A DNA stretch of 64,000 nt from Malacoraja senta (lineage: Eukaryota): NCBI GenBank assembly GCA_038087875.1, contig CM076000.1:372001-436000 (forward strand), written 5' to 3'. The first letter of the stretch is position 1; the number at the start of each line of letters is the position of its first letter. Made by a program: the position numbers and the translations under genes. The notes under the pieces were generated by a model. That model was not told where the DNA came from. It saw nothing but the letters and a program-made list of their open reading frames with translations, and searched no databases. This document shows, in pieces, positions 36,697 to 48,645 of this stretch.

Positions 36697-37644
36697 ATGG
36701 CAGTGGAGATTGGCCCCATGGTTTGCTCATCCTGCAACATGTGGGAGATCAGGGATATGGTCGGTGTCCCTGGTGACTACGTTTGCAGGAAGTGTGTCCA
36801 GCTGCAGCTCCTGGCAGACCGCATTGAACGATTGGAGCTGCGGTTGGATTCATACTGGAGCATCCACGATGCTGAGAAAGTCGTGAATAGTACGTACAGC
36901 GAGTTGGTCACACCACAGGTAAAAGGTAAGAGGACAGAAAGGAAACAGGTGGCCAATAGCCAGCATAGCAGTAGGCAGGTAGTGCAGGAGTCCCCTGCGG
37001 TCATCTCCCTCCTAAACAGGTATACCAATTTGGATACTGTTGGGGGAGATGGCTCATCAGGGTAAGGCAGCAGCAGCCAAGTTCATGGCACCATGGGTAG
37101 GTCTGCGGCACAGGAGGGGAGGAAAAAGAGTGGAAGGGCTATGGTAATAGGGGATTCAATTGTAAGGGGAATAGATAGTTGTTTCTGCGGCCGCAAACGA
37201 GACTCCAGGATGGTATGTTGCCTCCCTGGTGCAAGGGTCAAGGATGTCACTGAACGACTGCAGAACATTCTGGAGGGGGAGGGTGAACAGCCAGTTGTCG
37301 TTGTGCACATTGGCAGCAACGATATAGGTAAAAAATGGGATGAGGTCCTACAAGGTGAATTTAGGGAGCTAGGAGATAAACTTAAAAAGTAGGACCTCAA
37401 AGGTAATAATCCCTGGATTACTACCAGTGCCACGGGCTAGTCAGAGTGGAAATAGGAGGATATTGCAGATGAATACGTGGCTTGAAAAATGGTGCAAGGG
37501 GGAGGGATTCAAATTTCAGGGCATTGGAACCAGTTCTGGGGGAGGTGGGACCAGTACAAACAGGACGGTCTGCACCTGGGCTGGAATGGAACCAATGTCC
37601 TTGGGGGAGTGTTTGTTAGTGCTGTCGGGGAGGATTTAAACTAA
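36697..37644 (+). pseudogene. CR1 ORF1: zinc finger, coiled coil and SGNH esterase, disrupted
   Basis: CSSC...CRKC, then LADRIERLELRL, VIGDSIVRG, CLPGARV, VHIGSND, DGLH; stops at 37063 and 37390 and a frameshift near 37515. Confidence 0.9.
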
Positions 37645-40607
37645 TGTGGCAGGGGGATGGGTGCAAGAGCAGAGAGACAGAGGGGTGTAAAATGAGGGTA
37701 GAAGCAATAGGTAGCAAGGTGAAAAGTAAAAGTGGCAGGCAGACAAATCCAGGGCAAAAATCAAAAAGGGCCACTTTTCAACATAATTGTATAAAGGGTA
37801 AGAGTGTTGTAAAAAGAAGCCTGAAGGCTTTGTGTCTCAATGCAAGGAGCATTCGTAATAAGGTGGATGAGTTGAATGTGCATATAGTTATTAATGAATA
37901 TGATATAGTTGGGATCACGGAGACATGGCTCCAGCGTGACCAAGGCTGGGAGCTGAACATCCAGGGATATTTAAAATTCAGGAGGGATAGACAGAAAGGA
38001 AAAGGAGGTGGGGTAGCGTTGCTGGTTAGAGAGGAGATTAACGCAATAGAAAGGAAGGACATTAGCTTGGAGGATGTGGAATCGATATGGGTAGAGCTGC
38101 GAAACACTAAGGGGCAGAAAACGCTAGTGGGAGTTGTGTACAGGCCACCTAACAGTAGTAGTGGAGTTGGGGATGGCATCAAACAGGAAATTAGAAATGC
38201 GTGCAACAAAGGTAAAACAGTTATAATGGGTAACTTCAATCTAAATATAGATTGGGTGAATCAAATTGGCAGGGGTGCTGAGGAAGAGGATTTCTTGGAA
38301 TGTATGCGGGATAGTTTTCTAAACCATCATGTAGAGGAACCAACGAGAGAGCAGGCTATTCTAGACTGGGTGTTGAGTAATGAGGAAGGGTTAGTTAGCA
38401 GTCTTGTTGCGCGTGGCCCCTTGGGCAAGAGTGACCATAATATGGTTGAGTTCTTCATTAGGATGGAGAGTGACTTTGTTAATTCAGAAACAAGGGTCCT
38501 GAACTTAAAGAAAGGTAACTTTGAGGGTATGAAACGTGAATTGGCCAAGATAGACTGGCAATTGATTCTTAAAGGGTTGACGGTGGATATACAATGGTAG
38601 GCATTTAAAGACGGCATGGATGAACTACAACAATTGTTCATCCCAGTTTGGCAAAAGAATAAATCAGGGAGGGTAGTGCATCCATGGATAACAAGGGAAA
38701 TCAGGGATAGTATCAAAACAAAAGATGAAGCATACAAATTAGCCAGAAAAGACAGCCTACCAAGGGACTGGGAAAAATTCAGAATCCAGCAGAGGAGGAC
38801 AAAGGGCTTAATTGGGAAAGGGGAAAATAGATTATGAAAGAAAACTGGCAGGGAACATAAAAACTGACTGCAAAAGTTTTTATAGATATGTGAAGAGAAA
38901 AAGATTAATTAAAACAAATGTAGGTCCCTTGCAGTCAGATACAGGCGAATTGATCATGGGGAACAAGGACATGGCAGACCAATTGAATAACTACTTTGGT
39001 TCTGTCTTCACTAAGGAAGACATAAATAATCTGCCGGAAATAGCAGGGGACCGGGGGTCAAAAGAGATGGAGGAACTGAGTGAAATCCAGGTTATCCGGT
39101 AAGTGATGTTAGTTAAATTGAATGGATTAAAGGCCGATAAATCCTCAGGGCCAGATAAGTTGCATCCCAGAGTACTTAAGGAAGTAGCCCCAGAAATAAT
39201 GGATGCATTAGTGATAATTTTTCAAAACTCCTTAGATTCTGGAGTAGTTCCTGAGGATTGGAGGGTAGCTAATGTAACCCCACTTTTTAAAAAGGGAGGG
39301 TGATGGAAAACGGGGAATTATAGACCAGTTAGTCTAACATCGGTAGTGGGGAAAATGCTAGTCAGTTATTAAAGATGGGATAGCAGCAGATTTGGAATGT
39401 GGTGAATTCATTGGACAAAGTCAGAATGGATTTATGAAAGGTAAATCATGTCTGACGAATTTTATAGAATTTTTCGAGGATGTAACTAGTAGAGTGGATA
39501 CGGGAGAACCAGTGGATGTGTTATATCTGGACTTTCAGAAGGCTTTAGACAAGGTCCCACATAAGAGATTAGTATGCAAACTTAAAGCACACGGTATTGG
39601 GGGTTCAGTATTGATGTGGATAGAGAACTGGCTGGCAAGCAGGAAGCAAAGAGTAGGAGTAAACGGGTCCTTTTCAGAATGGCAGGCAGTGACTAGTGGG
39701 GTACCGCAAGGCTCAGTGCTGGGACCCCAGCTATTTACAATATATATTAATGACCTGGATGAGGGAATTGAATGCAACATCTCCAAGTTTGCGGATGACA
39801 CGAAGCTGGGGGACAGTGTTAGCTGTGAGGAGGATGCAAGGATATGTTGGGTGAGTGGGCAAATGCATGGCAGATGCAGTATAATGTGGATAAATGTGAG
39901 GTTATCCACTTTGGTGGCAAAAACAGGAAAGTAGACTATTATCTGAATGGTGGCCGATTAGGAAAAGGGGAGATGCAACGAGACCTGGGTGTCATGGTAC
40001 ACCGGTCATTGAAAGTAGGCATGCAGGTGCAGCAGGCAGTGAAGAAAGCGAATGGTATGTTAGTATTCATAGCAAAAAGATTTGAGTATAAGAGCAGGGA
40101 GGTTCTACTGCAGTTGTTCAGGGTCTTGGTGAGACCACACCTGGAGTATTGCGTACAGTTTTTGTCTCCTAATCTGAGGAAAGACATTCTTGCCATAGAG
40201 GAAGTACAGAGAAGGTTCACCAGACTGATTCCTGGGATGGCAGGACTTTCATATAAAGAAAGACTGGATAGACTCGGCTTGTACTCGCTAGAATTTAGAA
40301 AATTGAGGGGAGATCTTATAGAAACTTACAAAATTCTTAAGAGGTTGGACAGGCTAGATGCAGGAAGATTATTCCCGATGTTGGGGAGGTCCAGAACAAG
40401 GGGCACAGTTTAAGGATAAGGGGGAAGTCTTTTAGGACCGAGATGAGAAAATCATTTTTTACACAGAGAGTGGTAAATCTGTGGAATTCTCTGCCACAGA
40501 AGGTAGTTGAGGCCAGTTCATTGGCTATATTTAAGAGGGAGTTAGATGTGGCCCTTGTGGCTAAAGGGATCAGGGGGTATGGAGAGAAGGCAGGTACAGG
40601 ATACTGA
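37644..40607 (+). pseudogene. CR1 ORF2: APE endonuclease and reverse transcriptase, disrupted
   Basis: [47 protein letters not shown]; multiple stops and frameshifts. Confidence 0.95.
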
Positions 40608-40873
40608 GTTGGATGATCAGCCATGATCATATTGAATGGCGGTGCAGGCTCGAAGGGTCCGAATGGCCTACTCTTGTACCTATTTTCTATGTTTCTATGT
40701 AAAGTGAAGGGCAAAGTTCATCTCTACAAGTTTCATTTTCTGAAGTTAATTTGTAGTTTATATTTACCATCTTGCCTTTGCTTATTTGTTCCCGCGATAC
40801 ATTAATCCAAGACCCATTTAAAGATGAACAAAAAATCAATTTAAAGACAGATATCAACTAATTTCCACGATTG

Positions 40874-41162
40874 AGTATGAATATCGATTTCAATAACATC
40901 CCCTCTCTCTCCGTCCCTCCCCCACCCAAGCTTCAAAGTCGTCTTGTTGGGTCTCATTGTGTGAGAAGGAACTGCAGATGTTGGTTTAAACCGAAGAGAG
41001 ACACAAAATGCTGGAGCAACTCAACGGGACAGGCAGCATCTCTGGAGAGAAGGAATGAGTGACGTTTCGGGTCGAGGTCCTTCTAAAGTTTCGGGTCGAG
41101 ACCCTTGGAAGGATCACGACCAGAAACGTTACCCATTCCTTCTCTCCAGAGATGCTGCCTGA
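40874..41162. mobile_element. Penelope tail fragment plus fold-back mini-element
   Basis: agtatgaatatcgatttc (cf. 2890), then inverted arms gcagcatctctggagagaaggaatg / cattccttctctccagagatgctgc. Confidence 0.75.
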
Positions 41163-41164
41163 TC

Positions 41165-41531
41165 TATGCCGGTCAACAGGGCGAATTCTGCACAGAGACT
41201 CTAACGGCAGCGGCGCAATGCTTCCGACACCCCCGACGGCCCGGGACTCTTGCACTGAGGCTGCTCCGTAGCTGGAGCTGCAGCGAACGACTCGCCTGCC
41301 TGGCAAACACTCGCCAGCCCCAGCTCCCCGCATCTGTCCCTGCCGTTGCTTCTGCTTCCATCCCTCCCTCAGCCCCGGCTCTCCAACACCCGCGGTCCAT
41401 GCAGTTGATATGAGATTTGAAATTCCCGTTGATCACAGAATTTCTCACGACAGAGCGTGAGAAATTTGTGATCAGCGTGAGAATTTGTCGAAATGCGAGT
41501 CACGCTCAATGCGTGAGAGTCGGCAGCCCTG
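41165..41531 (+). mobile_element. Right end of a hAT-type DNA transposon
   Basis: Subterminal gcgtgaga repeats and terminal gtcggcagccctg, the inverted complement of cagggctgccaac at 31117 with 1 mismatch. Confidence 0.7.
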
Positions 41532-41841
41532 CCCCATGTGCACCAGCTACGATCATTGACAAATTTCATCAAGATCTTTTTCCAAGAAAAGATTCAGTTT
41601 CTTACGTCAAACCTTGTAACTGGAATCCTCGCCTGCACAGCACTTCTGAGAAACAGTTTTTCTTCCCTCTCCAGAACTTTGACATCCTCGCTAGTGTGAA
41701 CTGACCAGAATAAAACGCAATACTCAAGTTGTTGCCAGTTTAATATCACCTTCCTGAATTTGTACTCCAAACTTTACATGAATTCAGAATTTAAGGTTTT
41801 CTCAACATGCACCACCATTTAGAAAGATCAATGCACAAATA

Positions 41842-41991
41842 CAGAGTGCAGAAAGGAACTGCAGATGCTGGTTTATACCAAAGATAGACACAAAGTGCTG
41901 GAGTAACTCAGCAGGTCAGGCAGTATCTCTGGAGAAAAAGGTCGGGTGACATTTTGGATTGGGACCCTTCTTCAAACTATCTGTCTATCCA
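41842..41991 (-). mobile_element. Penelope-derived mini-element, degenerate 13-bp TSD
   Basis: caatgcacaaata 41829-41841 and caatgcacagaca 41992-42004. Confidence 0.78.
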
Positions 41992-42736
41992 CAATGCACA
42001 GACATTCCCTGTTACCCTCAGCTGCAATGCATCTTTTTGGCCTGTGCCATGTAGTCTCAAACATCTTTAACTAAAATACATAAATTTGTACTTTTACATA
42101 TTCCCTTTGTCACCCGTCTAACATGCCCGCTTGTGTCCTCTTGCAATCTATCACAATCCATCGTAAGGAAATTCTATCCTGCACCGTATGCCCAAGACAT
42201 TAAAGGAGCTGGCCCTGCCCAGCAACAAACACTTTAGAATATCATTGTTGACCATTTTTTGTTTGAAAAATAGAATTTTGCCTTCATTTTGTGTCCTGCC
42301 CTTAAATCAAATTCTACCGATACTGCATCAGACCAATTGCTCAGTTTCACTAACCACCCTTTGGTGTGGAACTTTATCATATGACTTCTGAAAATCAATA
42401 TGATAAAACATCTACTGTATTCCCTTCCACAATATTTCTATTAACGCTTAAAAAAAGACAAAAAGGACTTACTTTTAACAGTGCCATGCTGGGTGACCTT
42501 TATCAACTCAAATGTATCCATATGTCTACTCCACCCCCCAATTGCTTTTAAAAGCTTCCTAAAAACCAAGGCTAAACTAACTGGTTCATCATTGCCTCAG
42601 AAGTACTTGCACTTCTTTTGAACAAAGGTGGTACAAATGCCAGTTCTCTAGGCATCTTCACTATATTGATGGAAGATTGGAAGATTATGGCAAACGTGCA
42701 GTCTCCAAAACTACCTCCCTCACTCTGAACAGCAGT

Positions 42737-43030
42737 TAGACTTCAGACAAGAGATACAGCGTGAAAATAGGCCCTTCAGTCCACATAGTCCAAATCGACC
42801 AAAGATCAACCTGTATATGAGCACTACCCGACACACTAGGGATAATTTACAATTTACAGAAGCTAATCAACCTACAAACCTGTACATCTTTGGAATGAGG
42901 GAGGAAACCCAAACACCTGGAGGAAACCCAAGCGGTCACAGGGAGAATTTCATGAACTCCATACAGACAGCATCCTTGGTCAGGATCGAACCTGGGTCTC
43001 TGGCGCTGTAAGGCAGCAACTCTACCACAC
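42737..43030 (-). mobile_element. HE1-like V-SINE
   Basis: Reverse complement of the tRNA head (ggatcgaacctgggtctctggcgctgtaaggcagcaactctacc) and of the tail. Confidence 0.88.
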
Positions 43031-43915
43031 TTTTCATATAATTGGACCAGATGTGTTGACCTCCTTTGCAACAGAGGTAATTTAGACCTACAAAGGTAAT
43101 TTAGTTGGCAGCAAGTAATCACCAACTTAATGCAACCTGCGTTACTCTGAATGACGAGGGAAGCTTGGAGAAAGTTCAAGCTGAGGGTTGCTGAAAGATT
43201 AAATAGTTTGTTACAGAAAGTGGTTGGAGCAGGGATCGCTGCATCTTCTAAGTTAAAATTAGCTGCACATTTGTAAAATAAGACATTCTGCTTCAAGGTT
43301 ACTTTTACTCACCTTCAAATGTTTTGGTAAGCAATGCACTATATCTTCACAATCAGTTCTCATTTTACAGAGAAAAATCATGTTCAAAAATAAATCAGGG
43401 GAGGATATTTAATTAGCATATTTAACACAGGACAGCATAATCAGAAACAATGTGTTTATACACTGCCTTTAATCTTCAGGAGAAGCAATCAGCGTCCAAT
43501 ATTTTTGGCATCTTTCCTATTGAGCTGGCAAAACTGGCTGTTGAGGTCCATAGGCAGTTCCAGATAGAGCAAGGTTTCTGAGTACTACCCAATTTTAAAA
43601 CATAACCAGGACTGAACATTCCCATCTAAAGCCAGACCACTAAGTAGAAGATGGATTCTGCATTAATCTTCCCAGTCAGATTTTTGGCATCGTGGTAATG
43701 AGCGTGGTAACAGTTCACATTTATTACTGGCAGCAGGAATGACACGAAAGGAGCAAACGCTGATTTTTTTTTTTGTTAGTTTAGGCTGAGAGTGAAGATT
43801 ATCGGAAAAATAACCTGCTTTACTAAAAAACAAGCTATTTTTTGCACTTTGAAATGTAATCAAGAAATTCCCTAACAGTGAGCACATTCCGTCATGATCA
43901 GGGACTTGCACTTAC

Positions 43916-43982
43916 GTCTGGTTTCCAGACATATCTACGAACAGGACTCACATCAGGTAAACTGATCCGTTCACTGGTATTG
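43916..43982 (-). CDS. Candidate 67-nt internal exon of an unidentified host gene (x-NTSERISLPDVSPVRRYVWKPD)
   Basis: Minus strand shows branch-like aactaat, ttttgcttttatataccag acceptor, a single open frame (phase 2 to 0) and GAC|GTAAGT donor; unique sequence with retained CpGs. Confidence 0.5.
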
Positions 43983-44413
43983 CTGGTATATAAAAGCAAA
44001 ATTAGTTATCATGCACTGGCTATATTTCCTTATTATGTCATTACAAGCACATTGAATGGTTGATCAAGGAAACTAAATAATTTACAAAACAAACTCTAAC
44101 AAAACCCCCAAGTTCTAGATCCATTAAAAAAAATTGTGTTCACTCTGGTTAATACAATTCCAAAAGGGTTCCCAATTTTAACACCTTATTACATTAACAC
44201 TTAATCATTTCAATGTCCAAGTATATGTTCATTGTACTTCAGAGGAATGGGAGTCCACTCTCATATTTACCACTTAAACATCAGTTTCATTTTAAAACAG
44301 CCCTGTTCAGCAGTAAAAGCACAATTGTTCTCTAAAGGAAGAGATTTGTGCCATCTGATTTGCACTAGGTCTTTTACCAAAACAAACCAACAGCACAGTC
44401 AAGTTTTCCAGTG

Positions 44414-44500
44414 TTAGTCTGAAGAAGGGTCCTGATGAGAAACATCACCTATCAATGCTCCCCTGAGCTGCCAAGTTACTCCAGCACTTTGTGTCCTCTT
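44414..44500 (+). mobile_element. Penelope-derived mini-element, degenerate hammerhead
   Basis: agtCTGAAGAagggtcctgatgaGAAAcatcacc...ttactccagcactttgtgtc. Confidence 0.72.
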
Positions 44501-45211
44501 TGGTACATGGCCTTGAGATTTACCTGATAATTCACTCGCCACAGCCCATTCTTTGGATCTTGTTGCGATACACTTCAACTCAAAAGACAGGATGTTTCAA
44601 CGGATTCCACTCCACCACTAAATGCCATGCATTACAAGGGGTGAGGCTCAAGATATATTTTCACATTTCTACTTTTATATTTTGATGATTATCATTTTTT
44701 TTTCAATGACCAGACTAAATTAAAACATTAGCACTTGGAGAAGTGTGCAGTGACAGTGCTTTCACTGAAACAAAAAGTGTATGGGAGGAATGACAGTCAC
44801 ATCATCACCAGCAAGTGCTGCAAACCTCTAATCATCACACATCATGTGGTTCACTGCTTTACCAGTGCACTGCAAATGTGAAGTCAACCCTTCCCCCCTC
44901 TGCAAACATTCTGGTTTCAGGCCAAGAGGAGAAGCCTCCTGGCCCAGCCAGTGTATTTAGGAATCAGTTGGGTTATACTCTTCTGTCCTTGCGTTGCCAA
45001 TACCGACCACATAATGTTTAGCTTGTGTTAATTGACCTCAGCTTCTGGTGATTGACAGTTGGAAGAAATAGCACCAGAATTTGTAAATCCAATGGTAATC
45101 CAGCAGCTCCCTACTGAAGGTAATGTACAGGCAGGATATGAGCTGCAATTTTCCCTATGGAGTACAGCAACAACTTTAAATAGCCAATCGAGTTGAATCA
45201 CCATAAAGTGA

Positions 45212-45300
45212 GGAAGAAGGGTCCTGACCCAAAACATCACCTATTCTTTTTCTCCAGAGATGCTGCCTGTCCCGCTGAATTACTCCAGCACAGTCTCTTT
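45212..45300 (+). mobile_element. Penelope-derived mini-element, 14-bp TSD
   Basis: tcaccataaagtga at 45198-45211 and 45301-45314. Confidence 0.88.
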
Positions 45301-45951
45301 TCACCATAAAGTGACTCAAATGTGAAGTTTTAGCATGCAATCAATGCCTTCAGGATGAAAGGAACAGCAAAAAAGTGAGAAGGATTTTTTTTAAATGAAC
45401 AGATTTACTGACGCAATGTAATCTCTCAATTGCCAATTGACGTATTCTTCACTAATTAGTTTATAAAAGACTCTGTTGCATTGTGCTCAATATCCTTGCA
45501 ACACTCTCCAAATTAATTTGCATTGTGCATCACCTTTGCCACATACCTCAGACTTAAGATTCCAGAAGCCAAACGGCAGTTAATGAATAAGATCCTGGAG
45601 TCATCCTTGTTTTCACAACTAAATACAGAGACTTGATAGAAGGACCTTGACATAGAATTCAGAAGAATGCGTGAACTGGATTTATCAATTGACTAACTGA
45701 CGTCATGGTGCTGATTACATCAGATCAAATGTACTAGGCACACTGTGCAGGCACATTCTTTCTTGCATTAGTGTAGTTTAAAAAAAGCTTCATACAATCA
45801 AAGTGCACTGTAAATCCCAGATTTTAACAGTCTTGTCCTGGGATTAAAACAGAGCAATAACAAACTCATGCTTACATTTTCAGAAATATAATTACAAAAT
45901 TCATTGTAAAAGAAATCAATAATTAAGTTTATTTGTCAACTTATTTGTCAA

Positions 45952-48365
45952 CTCCCCCCACACCCTCCCCCCACTCAGTTTCTCCACTCCCTCGCCCAGT
46001 ACCCCCAAGGCCAGTGATCGCTCAGCCTCCCCACTTTCAAAAACCCGCGGCACCGGGTTCAGACAGAGAGCACCGCCAGATGTGAGCGGGGAACTGAGGC
46101 CAGTTGTCCGTGATGTCTGGATCCCAATGCTCAGCGCTTTGTGTTTTGGAGTTGGCTAGTGTTAATGATTTGTAATTAGCCTGATTTGTAATTAGTTGAC
46201 AAAACCTTAATTTATTAATCTGGAATATCCAGGGGGATGGGATAAGTGTAATATTAAAATGACATGCAAGGTGTCAGGCTGTCTGTCACAACATACAGCC
46301 CAAATGACCCATTATTTCCTTCAGTTAAATATTGGGAAGGTAGCACTATTGTCATTTGCCAGTCAACTATTATGTTTGTTTACCTCACTGACTATTTCTA
46401 ACCCCCCCCCCCCAAATTCCTTTGACAGGTTGAATAGAAATGTCCCCAATCTCGTTGTTTTATTAATTGAACACGTAGATAAACATCCTCAAGGAGTGTA
46501 ATCAGATGGAAACTGATTCAGATGCGATGTTTAAGAGCTTGTTCAAAGAAGGGGCATATTTTAAAGGAGTGACAGAGATACTTGCAGGGGAATGTGTGAG
46601 GAGGTTATTATTTGTCTTTAGTTTTAGCTTGAACCAGGACATCTGAAGATTCAAAGTTTAATATAGTAATTGTGCTGATACTGACTCCAACCAACCACGT
46701 AATGAATATCATCCATTCCGGAGGTTTTATTTTTCTGATGCCATTTAAACTTCACTTCGATTTCAATCACTTCAATGTAAAAATAATTGGGAATGGGGAG
46801 CATTGGAACAAAAATTTGCCCTCGGTACATATTGACTGTAATATAATAATGTATGCATGTTGGTAGGTGCAATCAAAACAAAGATCTTTTTATCATTGTT
46901 GTTTTATGAATACCACAGAAAATATTATGTACTCTCAAGATCACATTAAATAGAATATTATTGCTTAAATATATAGTTATTGGACTTTGCATTTTGGGAA
47001 AGTCCCAGTTGAGAGGAAGACAGCAAAATACTGAAAATATTGGGGGTGAAAATGACTTCAAGACAGTTTGTTAGGAAAATGAAGGAAATGGTAACAGAAT
47101 ACTTACACAGCTGAGTGAGTATAATTTTATGGATGAGAAATTGTGTTCAACCAATTGATGACTTATTTGACAAAGTAACTAGCATGTTAGATAACAAGGA
47201 AGCCAATGGATGTAGCAAATTTTGTTGTACAAAATTTGGTCCGTGAAATGCCCCATAAAAGATTACCGCATTAGATAAGCACCTGTGGACTTGAACGCAA
47301 GTCCAGGGGGTCAGATATGGGGCTTTATGTGTGAGCCAGATATATTGTCTGGGCTATGAGCAAGGCCAAGTGTGCATCCAGAGTCAAGGTCTGGAATAGT
47401 GCTAGGTGTGCAGTCAAAGCTGGGACAATGGGAGTGTTCAGCACTGGGAACATAAGCAGGTAAGCAGCTATGATCAGGGTAGAATAGGGGGCCAGGTGTA
47501 AAGCTGGACCCAAGGTCAGGAATGAGAGATGGTATGCAACTGGAGTCAGGGTCAGGAGTAGTACCAGGTGTGTAGTGAGACCCAGGTTGGTCAACATGGG
47601 CCAAGTGCTTGATTATAATGTGATTTCCATACATGAATACACTTAGATCATTCATGTGCTGCACCTGTTGATCAGAGCCTGGCTCTACTGTGGAATGTAA
47701 TTAGGAATGTAATTTAGCCTGAAGGGCCTGTCCCACGGGCATGCGACTCCATGCGGCAAGCGCGACCTAACCGGAAGCGGGGGCCGCGCGGAGGTCGAGT
47801 GATCCCCGTACAGGGCCTGTCCCACCAGAATGCGGCTGCATGCGGCAAGGGCTACCAAACCGGAAGTGGGGGCCGCGCGGAGGTCGGGTGACGTCAAGAC
47901 GGTGCGTACGGCAGCGAGGCGGTGCGCACGGCCGTCGATGCGGCGCGCGTGGCCTTGAAGCCGTTGCCGCGCGGAATTTTTGAACAGTGTCAGTTTTTTG
48001 GAGCCCCGCGCGATGTCGGGACCAGCTCCGCACAACTCCATACGGCTCCGGCGATCTAAGTGGGACCAGCCCCGCGACCACCGTGCGGTCCCCGCATGGC
48101 ACCCGCTTCCGGTTAGGTCGCGCTTGCCGCATGGAGTCGCATGCCCGTGGGACAGGCCCTTAACCTTATTCATAGCTAATCCAATTTAAAGCATAAATAT
48201 TGCATTGAAGTGTAAGTTAAAAGACTCGCTTTGGTATGCACCAGATCGCGCAATTTCAAGCTGAAAAATGCAAAAGCTCCCCCCCCCCCCCAATCGCTAT
48301 ACTCCCTTGGGCTTGGTCTCTCGCAATTTCTGACTCCCAACTCTCACCTAATGTTGGCAGCCCCG
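45952..48365 (-). repeat. Right (inverted) copy of the ~2 kb hAT-terminus element, carrying a MITE insertion
   Basis: Reverse complement of 31117-33110; ends gttggcagccccg. Confidence 0.92.
47723..48160. mobile_element. PIF/Harbinger-type MITE, 438 bp, perfect 59-bp TIRs, 3-bp TSD tga/taa
   Basis: agggcctgtcccacgggcatgcgactccatgcggcaagcgcgacctaaccggaagcggg and its exact reverse complement at the right end; absent from the paralogous site near 31356. Confidence 0.92.
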
Positions 48366-48377
48366 ATGGTAACTGAC

Positions 48378-48570
48378 GCTATGCTATATTTAAGAGGAAG
48401 TTAGATGTGGCCCTTGTGGCTAAAGGGATCAGGGGGTATGGAGAGAAGGCAGGTACAGGATACTGAGTTGGATGATCAGCCATGATCATATTGAATGCTC
48501 ATAGGTGCAGGCTCGAAGGGCCGAATGGCCTACTCCTGCACCTATTTTCTATGTTTCTATGTTTCTATGT
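48378..48570 (+). mobile_element. CR1/HER1 3' end
   Basis: Near-identical to 40523-40697; (tttctatg)x3 tail. Confidence 0.92.
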
Positions 48571-48645
48571 AAAATCAGTGAAGTGCATAATTGCTTGCCA
48601 ATACATTTTCTATCAGTCCCAATAGTTCAGATGAGCCTCAAATTT

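Larger units (their letters stand above)
35335..40697 (+). mobile_element. Full-length CR1 (HER1-like) LINE, disabled
   Basis: 5' UTR, ORF1, ORF2 and a (tttctatg)n tail; candidate TSD tgtaaa at 35329-35334 and 40698-40703. Confidence 0.93.

Noticed and set aside
31117..48365. Single giant transposon (Maverick/Polinton or Teratorn-like) with 2-kb TIRs
   Set aside because: No TSD at the outer ends, no polymerase, integrase, capsid or transposase ORFs inside, and the interior contains host-like sequence.
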